Shown one piece after another: positions 54,045-64,000 of a stretch of DNA of 64,000 bases. The notes under the pieces are model-generated. The model saw only the letters and a list, made by a program, of their open reading frames with translations, was not told where the DNA came from and made no database searches. Every line of letters begins with the position of its first letter. Position 1 is the stretch's first letter. The stretch is taken from contig OZ316776.1 in NCBI GenBank assembly GCA_973851085.1, positions 1,984,001 to 2,048,000 of the forward strand, read 5' to 3'. A program made the position numbers and the translations under genes. Source of the stretch: Ptychomitrium polyphyllum (taxonomy: Eukaryota).

Positions 54045-55190
54045 AGTGGCCAGAAGTTATTGTATAAAGCGAGTTTGGACGTTTGGACGTTGCGCAATAC
54101 GAACCACGATGAACAAGTTGCAGCACAACGAGCCGGTCAGGGGGCATTCACTACATCCACTACATCCACTTTTCAGACTGATACCTAGATGTTAGTCAGG
54201 TCATTTGGCCTTGTTAAATAGGCGGTACTTGGGCGGGTATATGGAGAAATTAATAAGCTTACCTATCGAGGCTCTTTGTGCAAAATGTGCGTTCAGACTT
54301 TTGTGCACTTCAGACAATCGAACATCCACTTTTGAGATCAAGATCAGGGGCTGCACTCAAAATCTGAGAACTGCACTTCGTATCGAGGGCACGCACTACA
54401 AAATCCAGTGTCGAGACTCAATGTTTGAATCCTCCTGCTTATTGACTACCCGCTGCTTGAGTCCAGACACTACAACACCTCTATTCCCCTCTCTAACGCC
54501 GTCATTAGTAGTCTCTGTAAGTAATCTTCTAAAGACAGATTAAGCAATCGATCAGTGTACTTTGCTACTGAACACAAATAGCTGCTCTGAGATTTAGACA
54601 AAGTAGTAAAGCTAATTCGAAGACCTGCCAACAAAATGAGTCATAGAATAAAAATAGAGTTACCTAGACTTGGAGCGAATCTGCTCTTTCAAAGAGTTTT
54701 CATGAGCTGCCATTTCACCACGATTAGTACTGACATGAGAATGATCCAGCCAATATCATCTCGAGTTGCAATACATTTTGGTTTTGAATAGAGCGAACAT
54801 CTCAATTTAAGAAATTCCTGGCTCTCCCGTGTCTGTAATATACAAACGTTATATCATGCTCAGGGGAAACCTTGCCAAAATTTTGCAGTGACCCTCGTCC
54901 ATTAGAACCTGACAAGCTATGATTGCCTCGAAGGACCAAACGAATCATATACTACCTACATTCTAATAAAGGTAAAATAGGGGATCTTGCATTTCAATGA
55001 CTAAGGTAGAATAAAAAGATCAGCCGTCTCTCCATGGATGCTGGGTTCCCCAATCACCATGACTAGAATCTCGAAACAAGGAGCGATAGAAGCTTCTTGT
55101 GCTACTTATGTACAACATGATCTTACTAGCTCTGCTTTGAACAAAAATTTTTCTGTTTCTAGATCTGGAATCTTGCTAAAAAAGACGACA

Positions 55191-58100
55191 CTAAAATCGA
55201 TTTGCTGTAGCAAAAGGTCTCTCAAACGAGGCATTATTATACTTGTCCAAGTCTACCACAAGCCCACGCGGCACACGATTAGGAGCACTTGCTCGTTCTA
55301 TTGCAGAAACAAACTGATTAGATAGCCTTCTAGCAGCCCATGTGCGTTGCCATGGCTTCATTTGCACCACCTGTTTAGCAACCAAGAGAGTCAAATCAAA
55401 CTCAGTAAAATTGTGGATCAAGTACCTATTTGAAATGACAAACCGACCCAACAGGAAGTCTGCTTTAGTGAACCATTTTGTCAAATCAGCATGTACATGT
55501 TTCAACTCCGGAATGGCATGACTTGATCTTTCTGAAACTAGAGAGCAGTGTCGAAAGTTAAACTCCAGAATCCAACATAAGCTTAAAGACCTTCAAAAAG
55601 ATCCACTTTTGGAAATAAATAACCTACCTCGTCAGCATTGAAACTTTCCACGATGATACCACCACGACGAGGAACCCCAAGCTCTCGCCAGTCCATCTGG
55701 AACTGCCCAAAGGCCTCTGCAAGCTCCTGTATAAGCGAGAAAAACTAGGATGAATTATGCAAAGACATCTAACATTTGATGCTTGGTGGCCACCCCGCCC
55801 GTCGTTCATGCAGAATCGCATACTTCTAACGAACACACAGCTGCATTTAAATTTACCGTCGTGTAATGGCATCTCCTACCTTACTGAGCGGTGCATTCAG
55901 GTCACCAATAACTCCAAGAACATGGCCCCTATAGTCAGCATTGGAGCCCTGCATAATTTCGACGAAGTCCATCAGAAAGACAAATCTCCATAGCTCAACC
56001 CTTACCCATATCTACACATCCTGACTGAATTTTTAAAAATTGAAAATATGGTAGAAAGTTAGAGCACGGCGTAGGCACATGATAAATTCAGATCACATGA
56101 AGATTTCATCAATATTGTTAATCAAAATAGTTAATCTAGAGGAGAACAAAACCGCACCTGCCCATGAATCTCCAGTACAGGAATGCCGTTCAAAGTCTGC
56201 AACCAGTATCACCAGTCAGCATTTCTAATCCGTAATGACGGATGATGCTGACGTTCAATTACTTTAAAAATATTTTCTATATTCATATTAAGGAGATTCT
56301 GTAAAATACAAGGACATATTTCTGATTCTGGCGTGAGTACATGGTGTTTCAACCCGTATGGATGAATTTTTACACACCTGTTTTGAAACCCAATTGAGAT
56401 ACTCTTCCCATTGTATTTGCGGGGCATCACGGTCGGGCCGTAGAACCTCCCACCCATTCTTTCGTAACTCCTTCTCTAACACATTCGCTACCTGCAAGAT
56501 CAAATCTAATAAATGCAGGATTTCACCAAATTGAGCCTCTTGCTGCATATCAGAAAGGCACTCTGAAGGCATCAACGTAGCACAAATAGCCTGTAGACTG
56601 CTCTTAGGTCAAACTTTGGAAAAGGCAGCATACATCCATATTGAACTCGCGCTCCCCAGGTGCTCCTGGTTCGGATTGGCAGTCAATCCAATGACCAGGT
56701 ACCACACTGATAGTATCTTTTGCTCCAATAAAACTAGAAGCTTGTCGGTACACAAAAGCAGATTGAGGAGTTTCTCGAAGCGCCTGCATCAGCCATATAC
56801 CTCTTAGTATTCATGAAGCAAGTTCCTTTCCCAGCTCCAAGCAATCTTTCAAGGTAAGAGAGGCGGCCCTCGTCACCCAGTTATGTCTTGAAATATCTAT
56901 ATGAACTTGCAAGGCAGCAGTGAGATTGAAGAACTTACACGTGTCCCAAAGATCTGTGATATCTTCAAATAACTTGACCTGAATTGGATAGGCAGTTTGC
57001 CCTTCCTGATAGGAAACTCACCCAACAGAAAATCCGCTGGCACTCTTGCTGAGCCGGCTGCTACCTGGAAAATACATCAAGTAACATTCGCTTCTAAGAA
57101 GATATTACACGAGAAAAAGGTCCTATGCTCACAATCAGAAAAATGATTGATATCTTTCAAACAAGACTTACACCTGAGCTTCATGCCAAGACCTTGTAGT
57201 GAAATGAAGCCTTCAGTGAACCAGCATTACAGACTTCATATATGTATGAAAAGAAGCAAAATGAAGCAACTTACAGCTTTACAATCGTTGGAGAGCTTCA
57301 AGGTCTTAGAGTAATGGATATCCAGGCCATTCTTCACAGGCTCCACCACCAGCTTTGTCTGTGCAGGAAGTGAACACAAGTATCAACAAGCCTGGGGCTC
57401 CTCGTATTTCGAATGATCAGAAATACACGTATGCAAAGCCTTGTTAGAAACCAAGTACATGCCCTTACCACATCTTTGAGCCAATTAAATTGCAAATTCC
57501 AGCATGGTCCCTTCTTGAATGGCACCTGTTTCCAATAAACCAACTTCATTTTAGAGTAGATAGTACAAAGATTTATAAAAATTCCGAATAAACACATGTT
57601 GTACACAAACCCAATTCTATATATCAAGCAGCGTTAAACAGTTAAACGCCGGTCTACCTCCAGGTTGGCACTTAGAGTAAGGGTTGTTGCACCGACAGAA
57701 AACTGACGCTTCACCGTTAAAACAGGGACAGGCAGAAGCTCCACAATTGGGCGTAAGGCTGCAGAGCCCACCAAATATATGCCCTCCCCAGGTCAGAATC
57801 ATACCATAATCTCTTTCCCCTTTCCTGACAAGGCCCAGGCAGCATGAATGCATACAGCTCACTACAACCCCTTCAAGCATATATTCATTATGCACAGAAT
57901 ACATATCCCACCTAGATATCCAAAAATTGAACTCTTTGATTTGATGCAGACGTGAGGAAAGAGACGGAGTGCTTTGCTTCCAGAATTCTTCACAGAGTCG
58001 TCGCTTGTTACTTTTTGATGGTCTAAGCGAGCATCCACTGTAAAACCAGTCTTAATGGACAACGGAATGTATTGCCACCGCCACCTAGCATCCTTGTCTA

Positions 58101-59283
58101 CATAGACACATATTTGTAACAATCGTGTCAAAGTCAAAGATGCCAACGTCGCTACATAAAATGCCAACCGCAAGGGAAGAGGTCAAAAATCGTGATGCTA
58201 TATGCATGTTATGTTAGTCTTAGAGCTTACTAGGCTCGTATGCAGGTTCACCTTAACGGCATTGAACTGCTCAAAGAATCCTCCCAAAAATCCCGGCCTG
58301 AACTTCCAAAGCCTTCACAAGTACTCAGCCCCACTACTTGCGAACTCTCCTGCTAAGACCTCTACAGACTTAGGTAGCCCAAAAAACCAATCTCGATTAG
58401 TAAAACTTGGGTTCGGTTCCATTTGTCCGATGCAGGGTGCCTTCTATACCAACAACAAATGTATCAAGTGAAAAAAGCCCTGTAATACGTCCACCGAAAT
58501 CATCATCATCATTACGATACTAATAAAATAGTGAACCAATTCAGCTCCAAAACAGCCTCCGGATTCTTCAAATAGGGTTTTCCTGTACATGCTGCTCGAA
58601 CTCCACCTGTACGGATGCCCACACAACAAGAAAACTTGCCAGTTTCATAACGAGAAAAGACAAGGATTGGAAGGGACCAACCAACCTAACCCCAAGCAAT
58701 TCGGCAATGTGACCGCCCTTTGCAGTTTCAGTTGCAACCCAGGACCCGTGTTCAACTGAGCTCCTACTTTCCACCTGTATTCCTGCAAGAAAAAAACAAC
58801 AAAAGTAGGTCTTGGTTACAGTGGTCGCTTCAAAGCCCTCGAAAACTAACTGAGGACGCTCTCATGGATACGCCATTCTTACCAAGATCTCACCATCTCC
58901 TACACTCTCCAGAATCACAAAGCTCCTATTCTCCCAAAACTAAACTTCACAGAACAGCATGTAATTTTCCATTCCGCAACAACAAACCATCATTTCTCAG
59001 CTGGCTGCGTTGGTGTGAGACGAGAACCCAGTTCAAACCTAAGAATTTCTCGATTGGCACTAAATCACTACTCCCGTGAAGGTGAATAAGATGATCCACA
59101 TCCGTGGACCCCCGAGAAGAAAAGAAGTTGTGTTGATTCTGGAATTGATGAAACCTTTCTTACCTGGCCGAGGAGCTTGCCGTAGAAGGGAGGCGGCAGG
59201 TAGAGCGGGTGCGGCTGCACGAAGCACAGGCTCCCCACGCAGGCCTCTCTCTCCACGCCGTCGTCGTCAGTGCCGCTTGTCAT
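55191..59283 (-). CDS. Multi-exon gene: beta-strand-rich central domain plus C-terminal N-acetylmuramoyl-L-alanine amidase (Amidase_3-like) domain
   Basis: Twelve GT-AG exons give 429 aa without a stop: 58349-58252, 58084-57912, 57758-57658, 57525-57469, 57358-57275, 57064-56939, 56783-56634, 56491-56378, 56196-56158, 55948-55880, 55726-55628, 55370-55191. Probable first exon 59283-59164; exons at about 58782-58690 and 58605-58520 have unresolved frames. Motifs VVPGH, GEREFNMDVA, VLEIH, GIIVE. Confidence 0.8.
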
Positions 59284-60614
59284 TGTGGCGATAACGACAA
59301 CGAGCTGGCGAAGGTTGTCTCTCTCATGAGGTGAATGCAGTGGAAGGTGCGATTGTTGCGCACCCAGCGTTTAAGACAGTGTGATTGCAACCGCTCACAC
59401 CTCCCACACAGAAGAAAACGCAGCGCTGCATACGCTCGGCGACACACAGCTAGCTTCAAGGCCATGGCAAGCTGGGCAGGCCCGTACCCCAAACCGTTAC
59501 TGTACTTAGAACCGTCACCGTATCCAAAACCATCAAGGCTATTCACAGTATGTGCTTAAAGTGAGGTCAACACCCGAAACCGTCGTCGCACTCAAAGCCA
59601 AAATATCTACTGACGGCTTACATGATAACTTCGCAAACTCTACATTTGAGTAGATAATGTCGGTTACCTATACGGTGACTGTACGCAAGTTCGACCTTTC
59701 GTACGCATTAAAATTTTGGCGGGACCTGTACGAATGCAGCAGCTAATAGAAGGTTTGGCTGAGTTAACGATTCTCGCTAAGCAACCGCTTGAATACAGCA
59801 ACTTATGTGTTGATAAGTGGTAGATGGTTTGGGTTTTGGGTGCAGTAACGGTTTCGGGTGGTGCTCCTCTCATGCCCTAGTATGCGGAAGCATAACGTGG
59901 CATAATTCGGCCACCCATTCGGTCCAGCCCAGCTATTTTTGATCGCTCACCGTCGTCCGACGTGGATTGGTCCTTGGATCAGCGGCACCGTGCAGCTGGC
60001 GAGAATCGAGACCGCACGGTACAGGGATCTACATACAATCCCGGTGTTATGTGGTCGATAGTTCATGGACGTCAGAAAATAAATTGGAAATGACCCGTAG
60101 AGGAAGTCGATTTTCGCACGGTGTGACGATTTTGGAGATGCGGCTTTGATAAGGGAAGCTTATACCCAGAACCATTATCGTTCCCAACACCGGCTTCATC
60201 TACGATAATCGTACATTAGAGCTTCGTATATCTACGAAGAGAACTGATTTCCGGGTTTCGGTATAGCGGCGGGTGTAGGGGAGTGGGGTGCGTGACCAAA
60301 CTAACTTACCTTCCCAGGTGAGGGAGCGGCCGCGCATTTGGTTCTGTTGTTGTGAGGTTTGCTGCTGCGTTTGCATTGTTGCGTTTTCTTGCAGTGCGTT
60401 GTTGTTGTAACCCCAGTGTGTCTTGCTCTGCTTCGCGGAGCGCCAATGGTAGGGTTTCATTTTCTCGCATTTAAACTCGCGGCACGGGCTTTCGGAGTGA
60501 GGCGGGCCGGAGGGAGTTTCGGTAGACGAAGTAGAATGCAGCGTTTGGTTGTGAGAGTGTTTGTCTCTAGTGCGCTCGCGTTCTGAGACTGCTTGTGGAG
60601 GAAGGCGTCGGCAG

Positions 60615-63600
60615 ATGGCAACAGGTGATCTTCGAGGGAATTTGGAGCGGTTGAAGTTGCAGCTCCGCTCGATCTCGTATCCTTATGTTCTTGACTCGCA
60701 AGGGTGAGGTTTACTCGATCTTTCTGTGGAATTTCTGTGGTGAAGATTTTTATGTATCGGTTTGCGGCCGAGGAGATCGGGTTTTACATATTTGTTGCTG
60801 GTAGATGATGGCATATATTCCATGAGAGTATTAGTGATGACGTCTCTTTGTGCATGCAAGACAGGGGCATTTTCGATCAATGCTTTCGGTGTATCTGTTG
60901 ATGATGAAATATGGCAGCAGTGTTGGTTTTTGTATCGTCGTTGGTATTTTAGTCACGGACGGTGGTTTATGGCAAATTAGTGACTTCAATTTGTTGATAA
61001 TTGCAACAGGTGCAAGGATGGCCTTCCTGCTGCGATTCTACCGTTGATTCACTATGCATTGCTTGGCTACTCGCGTCATGTGGCCCGGTATCTCAATGTC
61101 AACGGCTGGGTCCTGTACGCAGCAAGTGATCTGGTGAGCATCGAATTCTCCCTGCTTCATTTGTCCTGAATTTTGCCTTACGCAGTATGCTGAAGTGCAG
61201 TAGACCGTCAGTATGTTAGGACTGGGAAATATGAGATGTGTTATTCCATCTGACAGGATTTTCGTTGCTTTCACTAAGAAATGACAGGAGATAAATTAGC
61301 TAAGCTTAATTGTTCGGCACTCCTGATGATTAGTGTAGTTCGCAATCAGAAACTCAATTGTAGCGTGGTTCAAATTGTATTTCAAGCACTCTTAATATCA
61401 TAGTATTTAAGATGCTCTTTGTTGGCTTGCCAGCGATTCGTGGAGTGCGTAATCGAGTTATTACGGAAGGAATTTGAATACCGTTGCCCTTTAACGGTGT
61501 CCCAGGTGTTCACACGCATCCTTGAGCTTCTATTGATGCCTAATAGCATTGCGGGAATTATCTGTTTAGCGCGTTTAATTTATGTGTCAAGGGGGCTACA
61601 AAGTAATCTAGCCGCAACACATTCATCACCTGTTTTCTTCAATCCAAAAGCTGAAGGGAGAACATGATATTCCATCTCGCAGATTTTTGCTAGAGGATTT
61701 GCAGAAAAGAAATCTCTCTTTGTACACGATCTGATTCAGGTAAAGATTGCAAACCCTGCGACATTAATTTATAGAGGAAACGATCCCTTCTCCCAATCTC
61801 GAAGTACTGTTTTTCACTTCCAAACATATGTAGTATGCAGGCGATTTAGAGACGTCATAGAACCCCTCAACGGACATGTAGTTGACCTTAAAAAAGTCCC
61901 ATACGCAAAGAACAATTGAGCTGGATGCCGGTACCGAGCATTCGGGATTCGCAAAAGTTGTCAACTTCCGTATCTCAATTGGTGACAACTGGCGAACCTC
62001 TTAGCCTTTGGAGTGTTCATTTGGTCCCTTTGAACCTGGGAAGTACATTTGTGTGGATTCCTGTCAAAAATCCAGAGATGATGTCATTTAGAATTTCAAC
62101 TTCTTCCCGAAGACATTCATTTCGATAACTAGAAGCTAATTGAAGGAACAAAATGGAACTTGTTCAAAATACCTGCCTGATAGTTCTTCTAAATGTATTT
62201 GGCCCCTCATTGACCAGATGTGCAAGAGAAAACACAACGATCTGCTGAGAGTTGTACGCAATTCCGAGAAGGTTAGGAACTCTTTCATTCTGGATAAGAC
62301 AAATACAGATATAGGTTGCGTTGGATGCAGAAAGAGTGGAGCCTTGTTCACCGTAGCAGTTCTCTGACTCTTTTATTACCTGAATTCCTTTAGACTTGTC
62401 TGAAAGAATTCTTTTGTCAAAGGATACTCTAGTCCCCACATCAGGTGCTAGAGGATGAATCGAACTTGTAGAGCTCCCAGTATCCCCGTTTCTATGTACC
62501 TCCCGACTTGCACTGTACTTTGAGCTTTCAAAAGACCATGCCGCAGAATATCATTACATGCGATGTCATTGTCCCTTGATGTTCATATCAGTATATTGCT
62601 TAATTGTAAGCCTAAACAGTGGTTATCAACTCAGCAGAAGACCAGAATTTGTCAGCCAAAAGCATTTGGAAGAGTACTTCATACGGAAGAAAAACCACAT
62701 TTCACTCGTAACAAGCACTTGTCCTCAAAGTTCGATCGAAGATGTGAGGTAAGAATATTGCTCCATCGCACTTGAAGTTTCGTTAATGAGGCGGTCCTGA
62801 ATCATGTCTGTGCCTAATCTTAAGTGTGTATAACTGTCAGCTCCCTGCCAAAAAACGTTTTATGAACATTGCTCTACTTGTCTCATATATGGCGCAATTG
62901 GTACCTAATAATGTCTTGATGCTCATTGCCTAGCTGTTATCTGCTGTGATCGTGATTCTGACCTAAGGTTTTTCCTCGCATGTACATTGCAGCTGGACTT
63001 GCTTCCGGGTGCTAAATGTCATGAAATTTGTCGTCGCAGCTCGTGCCAGGAAAATTCTTGGGTCGTACCTGAAGGAGGCAGGACATGCTTGAGTGTTGTG
63101 AGTACTCTCTTGTTTACCTGTGCTTTCAAGAACTCTGAGTTCTTCATGGCTTCCGCAATTTACCTGAACTTCTATCATTAATAATTGTTCTGTGCTTTAA
63201 AAAAAGTTGTGCACGATGTTATATCAAATTCGCTATTGTAGTCAAGAGGTTAATCTTATCATAAACACGGGTCTTTGAAAACCGACTATTGTTCACAAAG
63301 AAATATTCCTTCTTTTCAAGCATGCACAGATTGGCATTCTTCACTTATGCCCGATATGTATAATGTTTTACGGAAAACTCTGACCACTATAATACACTTG
63401 TCAACAATAGGTTGCTGATGATGAAGAACAATCTATCCGTGCCCAAAGTCTTGAGAGGGCGAAGAATCATGGGCTTAGAGTATTGGCGCGGTCTACCGAT
63501 CGCAACAGTGACGAAAAGTGTCAAATGCATCCTTCACTATTAACTTCAAAATCTTCTCCAAGAGGGACTCATGCAGTGATGGGCGCTCAGATTGTTCATG

Positions 63601-64000
63601 TACATACGCAGCATTTCTAATGTCAGAGTAGTGGATTTGTTTGAGGACATGTGTTAATCAACTTCACTAACTTTTATCTACTTGAAAAATCAGGAGTAGA
63701 TTCACTAGTGGTCATTTTTTTTGATGAGTTGTTATGAAACTTATCATGTTGGCAGAAGGAGCATGGATATGGCTCACTGTTTCCTGAATCAGTTCTTCGA
63801 GAAAGGAACTTTGATCCAGAAGCGACCTTGCCCATATCAAGCTGCTCTGGCTTTGACCACCCGAAGCAGGGAAATAAATTTGGTGTAAGTCACTAGTCAC
63901 TAAAATGCACAATAATTATCTAGTAGATGAATCCCTTCTTGCAATGCTACCGGGTTCTTGTTTGCTTCAGCAGCTAAAAGCTTCTGCATTGTACAATGTC
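60615..64000 (+). CDS. CEP44: Centrosomal protein CEP44 homologue, 3' end outside the window
   Basis: Exons 60615-60703, 61010-61133, 61434-61505, 61683-61739, 62218-62271 give MATGDLRGNLERLKLQLRSISYP..GLPAAILPLIHYALLGYSRHVA..SDL|RFVECVIELLRKEFEYR..GFAEKK..KHNDL, matching the CEP44 N-terminal domain. Further in-phase exons 62620-62748, 62993-63097, 63411-63599, 63756-63884 and about 63971 onward are less certain. Confidence 0.88.

Noticed and set aside
56801..58460. Apparent premature TGA codons and frameshifts in the amidase gene (pseudogene or selenocysteine idea)
   Set aside because: An alternative GT-AG exon chain places them in introns or other frames and gives an uninterrupted 429-aa frame.

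Overview
Eukaryotic nuclear DNA, very probably from a moss (inferred from a PpMADS-S-like MIKC(C) gene with a miR538 site, a CEP44 centriole gene and a Tcn1-like chromovirus). 1-8.5 kb is a nest of decayed Ty3/gypsy LTR retrotransposons. The rest is AT-rich intergenic DNA with several pseudogene relics (PHD, SCPL50-like, BTB, DC1, possible LINE ORF1) and five apparently intact spliced genes that I reconstructed by hand. These are a DHHC S-acyltransferase in a G-rich island (16378-19527, +), an HNH-domain protein ending in a CaaX-like motif (23864-25138, +), a MIKC(C) MADS-box gene (47209-50092, +), a CEP44 homologue (60615 to beyond 64000, +), and the most interesting one, a minus-strand gene of 13 or more exons (55191 to about 59283). 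The ORF track shows that gene only as unconnected fragments. Spliced, it encodes a beta-strand-rich domain followed by a bacterial-type N-acetylmuramoyl-L-alanine amidase (Amidase_3-like) domain with all four Zn-binding/catalytic residues, making it a candidate plastid peptidoglycan hydrolase. All family calls come from motif recognition by eye; no database searches were run.
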